Source: Felis catus (Eukaryota). From it: a stretch of 64,000 nt of DNA. The stretch spans positions 17,424,001 to 17,488,000 of the forward strand of contig NC_058368.1 of NCBI RefSeq assembly GCF_018350175.1, written 5' to 3'. The position numbers and the translations under genes were made by a program. The notes beneath the pieces were generated by a model that had not been told where the DNA came from, ran no database searches, and worked only from the letters and a program-made list of their open reading frames with translations. Shown piece by piece: positions 11,064 to 23,700 of the stretch (its first letter is position 1; each line of letters opens with the position of its first letter).

Positions 11064-12889
11064 AAGACATAAATCTTTTTTAAGAAGATTTTTAAAAGTC
11101 TCTTGCTAGGATTATTTTCTCAAGCACCTGGGAGCCCTTCTTTTGAAATGTAATCCTCTAAGAAGGTAGCACTCCCAATGTTTTGTGGGGTGCGGGAGCC
11201 TGACTGCCGTGGGCACCTCACTGCAAGGTGTAAATATGCCGCCTGTCAGAAAGATGAGAGAAGGGTATTAGCAAACACCGATGGCCTCTGACCATCTCCT
11301 AAGCTCCCCCACTCGTTTTCCAGTAGCTCGCTCCAGGCTTTAGAAACCCTATTCGCCTTTGTTTCAACAGTTGGTTCACACTGAGTTGTGGCCTCTCTCT
11401 TCTATTGCAATAGTCTTCACTAAGTCTTTTAACTTTGGTGCATTTGTTACGCTGAGCACTTACATAATATTTTATTTATTTATCTATTTATTTATTTGGT
11501 AATTTGCTTTCTTTTACCAGATAAGATTCTACATATACATTGTGGATATTCTGGTCCGTCCAGATGATGGCCCCTCTATGTGGGCAAGAACGACATTTTC
11601 AAGAATGTACAATAAATCCCTACCCCTGAATGTATCTGCCTCCTAAAGCAATGGAGCCCCTGACTGTAAGTTCTTACTTAAAGAAAGAGAGAGAGACCAG
11701 ATCTTCAGTGCAAAACTACTAAATCAGAGCTAGGTGGTGATCTTATCGTCGCTACACCTATGATTACCACATTTCATAACCATGAGGGTTCTCTAAAATG
11801 TGATAATTACGTCTCACCTACAGAACGATGATCGGTGCTGAATAGTTACGTGAACCTGATGACACACGTATACTGATTTCCTTTGTGCCGTGGGGTCTCT
11901 TATAGAAATATGGAAGACATATTTTGAAATAGAATGTTTAAACGTTCAAGAAGGTGTAAAAATAACTGCTTCTAACGCCTTATGCCCTCCCACCTTCAGC
12001 TTAAGAATTCAAGCACAGCCAACCCAAGGGAAGCCCCTCGTGTGGCCCGTGTCATGACCTCCCCCAGAGGAACCTTGCCTGCAGCCTCCTCACGATGAGT
12101 TCCAATGAGCCTTCATCCCATCAGTCAAATGCAGCAACACCCAAGCGCGCATTAGGAGACCAGGCTGACACACGGGCTCTGAGGAAATCTTCAATTCAGT
12201 TTTTCAGGTGGCAGGGCTTTGGTCTGTCACCTCTGGGTCTAGCTGACTAAGCCACATACTAACACCTGTATTAGAGTTAAGCACAAGTGTCCTCACACAT
12301 CTTTGTGCCTCTGCGTGGGCCTTTGTGGCCCCCAGCCCCCCTTCACGTCCCCCATTCTCCTCTCCCTCACCTGGCCACACCGCTCCCCTCACTCGTCACC
12401 TCTTCTAGGAAGAGTCTTCTCTCTCACCCCCACCTTTGGGCGCTCCTCTTCTGACTCTCTCGTACACCCTCCATCGTGGCTTTTCATAGGATGTTGTAAT
12501 TTTCAGCTAACTCGTGTGCCTTGCCTGGAGATTTGTGGGGCTTTGAGAGCAGGCATTTTATTTTTAGGTCTCCATCTCCTGACACACGGTAGATTTTAAA
12601 TTCATTCATCAAACGAATGAGGTGAATGGCAACCAAATGCACCGAATGATCAAAAATGATGCTCAAAAACAAACAAACAAAAAGGATGATGTTCAGCAGC
12701 ACAATAGATTTAGTGATCAGTTTGACGCCTCTTGTCTGGAAATAATGATCCATCGGAAGAGATTCTGCCTGCTCTCCAGAGAGGCAATTAAACTGAGAAC
12801 CATCTGGCCTCACATTTTGTCCTTCACGCTACTGCTGTACCAAACCCCCAAACCATTATGAGAAGAAAACGAAGAACATGTTTTCCTTA

Positions 12890-13342
12890 TGAAGGCGTCC
12901 AGAATGAGCCTCCCCAGAACGGGCTGCTTTGGCACACGGATTATTCTGAACTGCAGGTATGCAAGGCCCAAAAGACTCAAGAAGAGCTTTTGGTCCAGGA
13001 AGAGATCATCGGAGATCATTACAAAGGGTGTGGTTAGCCAAGGGGAGATGGGCAGGACCTGTTCGTTTAAATTCCTCTCCGAGTCCCACGGTTTCTGTGG
13101 TATGACAAACATTTATTTACCAAACGTTTGCCCTTCTCCCCTTCCTGTGTGTTGGAAGCCCCAGCCCACCGCCCCCTTCTTCTTAGCTCAGGATGGCACA
13201 TAACCCTCAATTGCCTGACTGTTGTAGAGCCTCTCACGTTCACGCGAGGTGTTTTTCTCCCGCGAGGTGTCTTACGTTCATTTAATTAGTAGACCCGCCA
13301 AGAACCTAAAAGGGTAGAGAAAAGGTTTGTCTTCTCCCCTGC
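12890..13342 (+). mobile_element. ERV1-class solo LTR (MER34-like)
   Basis: Starts TGAAGG..CAGAA; contains CTCAGGATGGCA.ATAA; ends GGGTAGAG..TTCTCCCC. Family call from recall. Confidence 0.55.
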
Positions 13343-13746
13343 TTGCGTCATTCTTCTGTCTCCTCAACCTCCCTTTTCTGTATGAAATAACAGCATGGCC
13401 AACAGCAACAACAGATACTTTGTCCTTAAGATTTAGGTGCAGTCTCGTGATAGTGTTATTTATGACACAGGTAAGTAAAAAACTCTCTGAGAGTCCAGTG
13501 GAGAGATAATGAAGCAAACCACCACATACCCACACAATATCACATCACGGATATTTTTGTAAACAATTTATGAAAACATGAAAATGCCTATGGTATGATG
13601 TTAAAAGAAAAAAGCAGAAGGAAAAATTCTATGGACGATATGATCCCAATCAGCACAAAATACACGCATGGAAAAATATTGGAAGAAACTGACCCAAATA
13701 TTAACAGTGGTTAATTCTGAACAGTACGAGTATGATCGGTTTATAC

Positions 13747-14216
13747 TGAAGGGGGTCAGAACAAATCTCCCTAAAGTGGGCTTTGGCATGTGAGTATTTG
13801 GAGGAGAAATCAAGACCCAGTGAGCTCAAGAGAGATCTTTGCTCCTCCCTTAACTACCTAGAAGAACTTAAATCGGGGGTTTTCCCAGAATGAGAGTTCT
13901 TACCAGAGATGAATTTTCTCTAAGTGACCCATCTCTGTGGCCGAGCAAACATGTAATTACCAAGCACCTGCTCTTATTGCCCTGAGAATTGCCCTCCTCC
14001 CCTTTGGGGCCCCAGGGCGCTGGCCCATTCCGTAGGTCAGGATGACATATGTACCCCATTTTATCTTTCTGTCTTTGAACCTCTTATGCATGTGGGGTTC
14101 CTGTTTGTACACAATTAGATTTGATTATCTCCCGTTAGTCAGTCTCAGGTCAATTTAATTCCGAGGCCAGCCAGAAGAGTCTTTGAAGGGTAAGGGGAAA
14201 TTTTTCTTCCTCCGCA
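13747..14216 (+). mobile_element. ERV1-class solo LTR (MER34-like)
   Basis: TGAAGGGGGTCAGAA...TTCTTCCTCCGCA; same layout as the LTR at 12890. Confidence 0.6.
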
Positions 14217-15412
14217 AGACTGTCCTAAGTTTTCTTAATTTTTGATACCTTTATAATATTAAAAGTGGATCTTTAAATAAGAAACTTAATCACATCAAGT
14301 AAAAAAAGAAAAAAGTCCTTTCTGTTTCCACAGCAGGAAAACCTGGATGCCTCCCAGGGGAAAAATAAAAAGTGTGTTGATCGAGATCACCTTCCCTGGG
14401 CCTGGGGATGTAGAGTTACAAGTTCTTCCTCTTTCTATTCATTTCCAATCCTGTGGAGATACAGTCAGTGAAGTACAGTCTCAGCACCTTCCTGGTTCTT
14501 TCTTCAGAGAATCAAAGATTTTAGGTGCCCGACATAAAATCTGAAGTGAACCCCTCCTGGTAAATACTATCTTTTCATCACCTGTAAGTCATTTTTCCTC
14601 CTGCCTGTTTCTCTGAAATGTGTACCCAGCTTGCATCAAAGGATATTCTTCAGGGAAAACACAGAATTGCTAGAAAGAAATCTTGTGCTACTCGAAGTGT
14701 GGTCTCAGCCTGGCAACCTCACCAGCTTGCAACTTCCTTGGATGCAAAATCGTGAGCCCATCCCAGAACTAGAGTACCAGGCCTTCCAGGGATAAGGACC
14801 AAAGCCCCCTGTGTTGCAAAAAACTCCCTGGGAAAAATTTTTTTTCATATTAACATGGAGAAGAAAGTCCAAGATTTGGATGATTAAGATTCCAATTGGC
14901 TTCACTTTAATTCTTAAAGAGAAAAGGAACAAAATAAGGAGTGTGAGAGAAGCCAACGGCTAATGAGTAGTGTCGTCCTGAGTTACATGAGTACGTTACA
15001 TGAGTACGTGTAAACACGTTACAGGAGTACGTGTTTAACAACCAGGTGGAGGGGGGGAGGGAGCCCTAATTTATAGCACTTTATAGATTTGATCTCCCCT
15101 GTGATGTCACTGAGCTTGGAGTTGGGAAGAGATGCACACTGGTGGCTTCCGGACGTTTGTGCCACAAGCTAGTGGCACAGTACCGCAGAAGTCTCCTGCT
15201 GGAGGTGACAACAAGGGCTCAATCACTCATTTAATTCCCTCCACATTTGTAAGTGGAAATTTCCGCACAGTTTGAAACACTGACTAAGGTCAGCTCCTTG
15301 ACGTATCCAAGATGGAGGAGGGCAAGGGCGAACTCACCCCCCCAATCTCCAGAGAATGACCGATGCCACATCTCTCATAAACTGCCAAAAGCATATGAAA
15401 TCAGAAGTTGTG

Positions 15413-15698
15413 CCCTCCCCCGTTCATGCTCTGTCTCTCTCTGTCCCAAAAAAATAAATAAACGTTGAAAAAAAAAAAGGGGGGGGGGCGCCTGGGTGGC
15501 GCAGTCGGTTAAGCGTCCGACTTCAGCCAGGTCACAATCTCGCGGTCCGTGAGTTTGAGCCCCGCGTCGGGCTCTGGGCTGATGGCTCGGAGCCTGGAGC
15601 CTGTTTCCGATTCTGTGTCTCCCTCTCTCTCTGCCCCTCCCCCGTTCATGCTCTGTCTCTCTCTGTCCCCCAAAAAATAAATAAACGTTGAAAAAAAA
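15413..15698 (+). mobile_element. Young SINEC_Fc: truncated 3' unit followed by a full-length unit
   Basis: Single TSD AGAAGTTGTG at 15403-15412 and 15699-15708. Confidence 0.9.
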
Positions 15699-16265
15699 AG
15701 AAGTTGTGACATAGAAGCTCCATCTCGGTTTGCACTGTGATAGTGCAGGGTTTTCACTATATTTAAAAAATACCAAAACCGAGTAACCCTGTGGACAGTT
15801 TTAAATATCTCACGGGTCTGGAGCTCCAGCCATACCATTTTCCCAGCTGCTGCTTTCTCTTGTTGATTGGAAGCTAAAATGTCTCAGCAAACTTCTTGGT
15901 TAAAAAGATAATGGAAGGTATTCTCGAGAGACCTCCCTCTTAGCTTCCAAGGGATATTTACTGCCTCCAACATATCGATGTAGATAAATATCTCTACACG
16001 TATACTTTTCCTTTTACAAATCGATAATGCCCAATGTGTTCTCTATGTCTAGCTTTCATTGGGACTTCTTCAGCAGCATAAAGTATAGGGAGGGTGGGTA
16101 AGGACCCCCTCTCCCTCCTCACACATATGCACATACCTACACATGTGTATCATCACTTTCTGGAAGTTCAACAAGTTTTTAAGCTCCCCCAAACTCAGTT
16201 TTCTCCCTCATAAAATGAGATCATGCAAGAAGCTACCTCAAAATTATTGTAGGATTTAAAAATCT

Positions 16266-16484
16266 GGGGCACCTGGGCGGCTCAGTCGGTTGAGCGTCTG
16301 ACTTCGGCTCAGGTCATGATCTCACGGTTCGTGAGTTCGAGCCCCGCGTCGGGCTCTGTGCTGACAGCTCAGGGACTGGAGCCTGCTTCAGATTCTGTGT
16401 CTCCCTCTCGCTCTGCCCCTGCCCTGCTCGCACTCTGTCTCTGTCTCTCAAAAAGTGAATACACGTTAAAAAAAATATTTAAAA
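16266..16484 (+). mobile_element. Carnivore SINE
   Basis: Consensus head, CT tract, tail. Confidence 0.9.
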
Positions 16485-16954
16485 ATATAATGCAAGCAAA
16501 ATGCTTCATAATACCGACGTGCCGTTCAAGGTAGTAGCGCTTATGGCCTAAGTTTTTATTTTCCTCAACTTTCCTCCATGTACCAAACATGATGCAGCTC
16601 ACATCAACTTTTCTTTTTAATCACAGCATCACCAGCTGATAGTTGAAAACGGATACATTTCAGCCTGGGGTCTTTGCTATGTAATGCAAAAAAAGAAAAA
16701 CAAAGAATGTAAAGACAAACACAAATTCTAGCTAACATTGAAGAAAAGAGCAGATGATAGACTGCAGTTTGAGAAGAAAAAACAAAGCCACAAAAAGCAA
16801 TGAATCCAAAATCCTGGGCTCCAACTGGAATTGACGCCAGTCCCGATATGTATCAATCCCCTTCATGGGTAACCCTGTAACTCTCACAAACGCCACGGCT
16901 CTCGCTCTGCTTAACGTACAAAAAACAAGCTTAGGGCAGAAAAGAGGGACTTAC

Positions 16955-17006
16955 CCACTAAATTCTCTTTATCCAGCTTCTCGGGGGAAGATGCCCCAGG
17001 ATCCAT
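16955..17006 (-). CDS. STOML3: Stomatin-like protein 3, coding exon 1 (MDPGASSPEKLDKENLV-G)
   Basis: ATG at 17004-17006 in gagATGG context, GT donor at 16953-16954, 52 nt (phase 1). Peptide resembles the recalled STOML3 N-terminus and joins exon 2 in frame. Confidence 0.9.
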
Positions 17007-17429
17007 CTCATTCTTGAGAAGCTTTTATGCTCGGCCAATTTTCACGGGTTTGGAGCCAGGCCTGGGCTCCAGGCAGCACCCCGATGTGCTTGGGAGAGGG
17101 AAAGGAGACAGAGACGGAATGAGCGCGAGAGAGAAGTCCCTCGTCTTTCTGGAGCACCCCAAGGAGCAGTTTCCCTGGTGAAGGAAGCCCGTTACCATAA
17201 ACAAAACGATTTCTTTCATGAATTCAGACTGCCTTTGTTCATAGAGAACATTCAAAAGAACATGACCTTTGCTTCCTGTCAAACAGCTCTAGGTAATCCT
17301 CTACATCGTTTATATTTCATAACACACTTTTATGCACCTTGTGTGATTTGTTCACCACCATGAACTGTTGATATAGTTTACCTATTCTTATGTTTCAGAT
17401 GAGATTTCATTCAATTCAATCTATACACT

Positions 17430-17730
17430 GTAGTGAGTGATCTTTTAAAACCTGAATCTGATCATGTTACCATCCTGCTTAAAGGAATCCAATGACTGCC
17501 AACTGTTAGTATGGCAAAGACTAAAATTTTAAGTGCCCCCAGAGTTCCTGCTAGTCTGCCCCTCTCTCCCTTTCCTGTCTCACTCACATGGTAATCCCCT
17601 CACTCACTTGGCAAATAGCCACACTGACCTTCTATGAACCCCACTAAAGCTATCTGTGTCCTCTGTGCCACAGGGCCTTTGCATATGTTGCCACATGCAC
17701 ACTTATCTGGTTGATACTTGCTTCTTCCTC
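17430..17730 (+). mobile_element. L2 fragment
   Basis: L2-like motifs TCTGATCATGTTACC..CCTGCTTAAA and CAGGGCCTTTGCA.ATG.TG. Confidence 0.55.
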
Positions 17731-17735
17731 TAGAC

Positions 17736-17955
17736 TAGGCGTTGGCTAACCACAGCCTGCTAGCCAAATTTGGTCTGCCACCGATTTTTGTAAATAAAGT
17801 GTTACTGGAACACAGCCACATCCATTTGTTTCTGTGTTGGCTGTGGCCACTTTTGTACCACACCTGCATAGTTGAGTATTTGCTATAGACACCATGCAGC
17901 CTGCAAAGCCTGAAATATTTTCTATCCCTTTACAGAAAATGTTTGATGACCCCTG
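17736..17955 (+). mobile_element. MER58A-like hAT-Charlie DNA transposon
   Basis: TTTTTGTAAATAAAG..TTACTGGAACACAGCCAC core; ends CCCTTTACAGAAAA.GTTTG..GACCCCTG. Confidence 0.75.
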
Positions 17956-18256
17956 AACTATACAATAACTTGCTTAAGGGGTGTGACTAGTTCTTTATTT
18001 TTTTGCCATGGCACCTGCAGCATTAGAACAACCCAGGCACATAGCTGATGCCCAACAGATACATGTAGAATGAATGAATAAGTAATTTGTCAACAATAAC
18101 AGCTCACAAATGGCAACCCTGTTTCTCGAATTCAGGTCCCCAGGCTCCTGTCTCAGGAGTGCTTCTTTCATCATACCACTTACGGTCAAGGACAATGTAG
18201 GTCTTCCTCCACTACAGAAAGAGCAATCTTCTACTTTAATGATGTTCATCTTTCTT

Positions 18257-18470
18257 TTTTTTTTTTTTAATGTTTTATTTATTTTTGACAGAGAGAGACA
18301 GAGCATGAGCGGGGGAGGGTCAGAGAGAAAGGGAGACACAGAATCCGAAGCAGGCTCCAGGCTCTGAGCCATCAGCACAGAGCCCGATGCGGGGCTCGAA
18401 CTCACAGACTGCGAGATCATGACCTGAGCCGAAATCGGACGCTCAACCGACTGAGCCACCCAGGCACCCC
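18257..18470 (-). mobile_element. Carnivore SINE
   Basis: TSD GATGTTCATCTTTCTT. Confidence 0.92.
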
Positions 18471-20459
18471 GATGTTCATCTTTCTTATATCAATATTCCA
18501 AACGATATTTTGTTTCCCAGGTGTGAAAACAAAGCGATAAAGAACAAACTCGGATCTTTCCCAGGTCATCCTGTCTTTTCCGGTCTTTCTTCCCCAACTA
18601 TCTAGCTATTGTCTTCTCCCAGATTGTGGGGTACTTTTGCCAACTACTCGATACTCTTAATTGCCTCCTCTACAAACTCAAATTACAGTAATAGCAAAAA
18701 CTGTCATGCACAGTTTGTAATTATAAGAATTAATATGGAATATTAGAACTTTGGGAAAGGACGCCAGGGACCAGAAACTCAGATTAAAACAGATACGTGT
18801 GCACAGAGTTCGTGTGTCTGCTGTAGAATACTTTTCTCTGCATTGTGCCCATACATCCTTGGTTATGGCTTGATGTGGAAATCACGCCAGAGGCACAGTG
18901 GATAAGAAAGCAGGCCCTGGGCTCGCACCGCCTGGGTATAAAGAAGTCTTGGCTCTCCTACAAACTGGTCATGTGACACTGGGTAACTCATTTACCAACC
19001 ACCCCCCCCTTCATGTTGTGTTTTATTTTAATCTGTAAAATGGGTTTGATAATGGTCTCTATCAGAGCTGTCTGCATGAGAAGTATATGAAATGTTCCGT
19101 GTAAAATACTCATTATGTTATCAAATAATTACCATTGGATTAATACCATGAATAAATGGTGACTATTATTACCGTCGATGACAGCTGAGCTGCATTTCTC
19201 GGAAGTCAGTTCTCTTTCTGAAATGAGGATGTTGGGCTAACCTTCACAGTACTCTTTCATCCTTGCTTCCAGCAAATGTATGCTTGAGTAGGGATTGATT
19301 AGGTGAATCAAAGCACTCCCCACCTCTCGCTTGCCTAAGGCTTCTCCAACTTGCTGCAAATTTGAAAACTGGGGGTCCGCCCCCAGTTCCCGGCTCTGTG
19401 AATCCGTGCATTCCACTCTTTCTTCCTGGCCTCTGCTTAATCACTGCGTCATCGTCACTTTGGGACTAACCTCTCATGGAAAAGAGCAACAGGAAAACTT
19501 CCTATTTCCATCATTTCTTGCGACTCGGTCACGGACTCTCCTTGCCTGGCACAGGAAGCCCCTCGCCCTTCGAATCGGACGACCCTCCACAGTCATGCTG
19601 CAAAATGGGAAGTACGAGTTCAGGTCATTTCTAAATACCGCCCTTACTATTCGCCAAATAGCACTTAACGCCAGCGCTGCCCATCACGCAGGCGCAACGC
19701 TCAAAACAACAGGAGCAGTAATTGTTCCCTGGTGGCGGCTGGCGGGAGCCCGCAGCGCGCTTGCGACACATGCATCCCTGTGGAAGATGACTAAGCAACT
19801 GTTTTTCTTCTTCCTGCAAAACGTTGTAAGTATCTCAGCCTAGAAAGCAAGACTGATTGCACCAAGCAAGGAACAACCGGGCCTCCGGGGATGAATGAAA
19901 CACGGGATCCTTTTCTAGGTTTCCTCCTCTCTTGTCTCAAGTATAAACCGTCGTGGGCCCCGTTACTGGAATTTTCTCCCCCCCCCCATCGTGGGGGAGT
20001 GGTGAAGGTGGGGGAATGAAGCGGGTCAGGAATTGCTGGAATGTACTCCCAATGGGCATTTTCCCGTGTGTTTCTACGTTTTCATTCTGTCAAGTACCGA
20101 ACTAGGGCAAAGTCCTGAGTAAGGACAGTTGTTTGGTTTTTGTTTGTTTACTTGTTTGTTTGTTTTCGGACAGCTATGTGTTTAGAAGCCCTAATTCCAT
20201 TCCAGCTCCTGATATCTAACTGATCTTCCGTGCCAGTTGTTATAAATTAGTTCCCTACGAGTGGGTTTTCATGGTTTCCTTATTATATTCCACTATCATT
20301 TTGGTTATCTCCAATGAATTCTTCATTGTCTTAGTTTCTAAGGCCCAATAAGTCTTGGTGTTTCGTAGAGCAGGTTCTTCATGGTCTTGAGAAGAGTATG
20401 TATTATTTGTAACCATGATGATTGTGGATCCTCCATTTAAATAGTTTCTCTTTAATGAC

Positions 20460-21390
20460 TGTCATATAGTTAAAAAAAAAAATTCTCCGTACTCATTACA
20501 GTTTGCATCAGGATTCACTCTTGATGTACATTCTGCGAGTTTGCAAAAATGTATACTATCAGGAGGATGTCATCCATCGCTATAGTATCATACAGACTAC
20601 TTTCACTGCCCTAAAAAATCCTCTTCCCTCCACCTCTGCATCCTTCCCTGCCCCCCCCCCCCAAACTCTAGCAACCACGGGCCTTTCCAGTCTGTCCATG
20701 GTTTTCTTTTCCTTTTCCAGAATGTCACTTAGGTAGAATCATAGGGAAGCTTTTTCAGATTGGCTTTTCACTTAGTATTATACATTAAAAGTTCCACTGT
20801 GTCTTTTAATAGCCTGACACCTCCTCTTTTTTTTCAGTGCTGAGTAGTATTCCATTGCCTGGTGTTTCCCTTTGTTTGAATGGCATTTTTTGCTGTTCCT
20901 CATATTTGAAAATGCAACTGACTTTTGAATATATATTTTTAAATCTCACTAAGCTTTATATCTTCTTTTCCAGTTATGTTTTATTTCTTTTTTGTACCTT
21001 AGCACATTAGAGTGTGTAGTACAATGCTGAATTACGTTTTACTTGACCAGTCTCTGATTTTAAAGGGATTTTTATAAAATTCCAGTTATGAATAATGTGT
21101 GCTCTATTTTTATAGATTTCCTTACCTGATAAAGCTTCCTTCTTTTCCTGGTTTGCTAAGTGTATGTTTTTTAACCATTATTGTGATTGAGTTTCATTAA
21201 CCATTTTTTATAGACTGAGAAAATGGTTTCTCTCCATTTGTTAGTGATGACTGAACATTTAATTTTATCTTTGCTTTACTGCTAATAAATCTATCCCTTA
21301 CCCCTGGCGCAAATCCAACTTGATTATGGTGTATCATTTCTTAGGAATAAATTTGTGCTAGTATTTTATATTTCACTATTTTCTTGAGTA
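20460..21390 (-). mobile_element. Degraded L1 fragments (L1MC-like)
   Basis: Antisense L1 3' motifs such as TATAGTATCATACAGA.TA.TTTCACTGCCCTAAAAA and CCTTTTCCAGAATGTCA. Confidence 0.6.
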
Positions 21391-21414
21391 AAGTTGACTT
21401 GCATTTTTTTCTTT

Positions 21415-21631
21415 AAAAAAATTTTTTTTAATGTTTACTTATGACAGAGAGAGAGAGACAGAGCATGAGCAGGGGAGGGGCAGAGAGAGAGAGGGAGACA
21501 GAGAATCCGAAGCAGGCTTCAAGCTCCCAGCTGTCAGCAGAGAGCCCGACACAGGGCTCGAACTCGCAGACCGCCAGACCATGACCTGGGCAGAAGTCGG
21601 ACGCTCAACTGACTGAGCCACCCAGGCGCCC
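21415..21631 (-). mobile_element. Carnivore SINE
   Basis: TSD TGACTTGCATTTTTT. Confidence 0.92.
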
Positions 21632-21928
21632 TGACTTGCATTTTTTCTTTCTCATACTACGCTTGTCTGAGTTTTAGTATTAAATTGGTCTGTAAGAGTG
21701 AGTTGAGGAACGTTTCCTCATAGTCTCTTGGAAGAGTCTATGCAGTAGAATGAGGCTAAAAAGCCTTCTGAGACTCCTGCCTCCTTTCCATTTCCAAGTG
21801 TTGTGAAACCAACATACAGTATGACATCTCCCCATGTGCTTGTTTCTTCCACTTTTCTGTGCCTTGTTCTTGGTGTTTTATCTTCCTCCACTTTCCCTCT
21901 GTACCAATTAGTTAAAAACACCAATGGC

Positions 21929-22140
21929 GGGGCGCTTGGGTGGCTCAGTCGGTTAAGCGTCCGACTTTGACTCAGGTCATGATCTCGCGGTCCCTGAGCT
22001 CGAGCCCCGCGTAGGGCTCTGGGCTGATGGCTCAGAGCCTGGAGCCTGCTGCGGATTCTGTGTCTCCCTCTCTCTGCCCCTCCCCCGTTCATGCTCTGTC
22101 TCTCTCTGTCTCAAAAATAAATGTTAAAAAAATAAAAATA
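21929..22140 (+). mobile_element. Carnivore SINE
   Basis: TSD AAAAACACCAATGGC. Confidence 0.92.
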
Positions 22141-22510
22141 AAAACACCAATGGCTTTTAACTCGTACTATAAAACTTTTACCAGATATAAATTAAATTAG
22201 AAATTTAAATATTTACTTAGTGTCAAAATGCCCCTCCTGAATACAAGGACCTGGGAATACTTTAATTTTGATCTCCTTTCGCAACTGACTTGCCAGTGTT
22301 GCCCAATATTTTATCTCTTAACTGACCCAAATGGGACATTTGTTTACTAGTCTTGTGTCATCTTTAGGAACAACAAAGGCTCATTAAATTTGATTTGAAG
22401 TCTTTTTAAGTCAATAAATTTTACTTTAAGGAATTTCACATGTGATTCCTCCTACTACCAATCGCCTTAGTTCCTCCAAGGTCTGTCATAATCTTCAAGG
22501 TAGCCCTTTT

Positions 22511-22712
22511 TATTATTTTATTATTTTTTTAGAGAGAAGGACAGGGAGTGAGTACGAGCAGAGGGGACGCCGAGAAAGAGGAAGAGGACCCCAAGCAGGC
22601 TCCACAGTCACCGCAGACCCTGACCCAGGGCTCAATCTCATGATCCTGAGATCATGACCTGAGCCGAAACCAAGAGTCAGATGCTTAACCAACTGTGCCA
22701 CCCAGGTGCCCC
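22511..22712 (-). mobile_element. Carnivore SINE
   Basis: TSD CAAGGTAGCC. Confidence 0.88.
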
Positions 22713-23700
22713 AAGGTAGCCTTTTTTAAAAACAACTTTGGTTCAACCCACAGTTGTCATGGTCAGTCAGTCCATAATTCTTTCAGTTGGACTTCTTTGA
22801 TCTCCACTTGAATATGGACATATGTCACAAAGTCCCCACCAGTAATCTTTGGAATCCAATTTCTTCAAGCAATTGGCTGTAGGGCCCTAGAAGTTAAATT
22901 CTAGAAAGTTCATTGATTTTTATTTTTTCAAGTGATGTAAAAGATAGTATTCCTTAATTGTTTCTAATATTGAAAAGTCTTGTTCCATCCACTTTGAACT
23001 CATGAGCCTACAAGAAATGGTGCAGGTCTCACCGTCACCCCTGCAATACACTTGTGATGGGAGCATAACCTGTGCCTCAATGTAGCCACACTGACAATCT
23101 GTGGACACCACAAACAACAATGCCCGTTCTCATCTAGGATGAGGCTTGGAGGGAATAAAGTCTTGACTAGATTCACCAAGTCAAGTGTTAAGGCTTAAAA
23201 TTAAGGTTAACTGATTATATGAATTAACAGTGTTTGCAAATCCCACAGAGACTGTGGGGCTTTATGGAAAGAGAATGAAGAGGTACATTTCCTTACGTTC
23301 AAGGGCACATTAATCCCTTTCCATAATGCAGATCTTCATCATCTTCGTTTTTAGATTTCTGTAAAAACCACCCAGTGTTCTACCTCTAATCCAACCTCCG
23401 TGCTGCAGCCTAAGTGATTTTTTGCAAAGTGCTTTCTATTTCAAACTGCTGACCCCTAACAAAGGCCCAGACCCTTAGCATGGTTTACAATCAGGCCCCT
23501 TGCTTTTTCGAGTCTCCCAAACTACAAACTTCATTCAAACTCCGTCCAGTTACAAGATGATATTGTTGTCCTAGTCTGTCACACTGGGCCTCCATGAGGG
23601 ATATTATTTCTTACTCATCCTAAGACTTTTTAGGTCACTAAGAAGGCTTTCTGGACTCCCTCAGGCAGAAAGGTACTCACCTTCTCTCCTAAATAGTTAT

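Noticed and set aside
19331..19843. 170-aa plus-strand ORF
   Set aside because: TTG start and no recognisable domain; kept only as a possible regulatory region.
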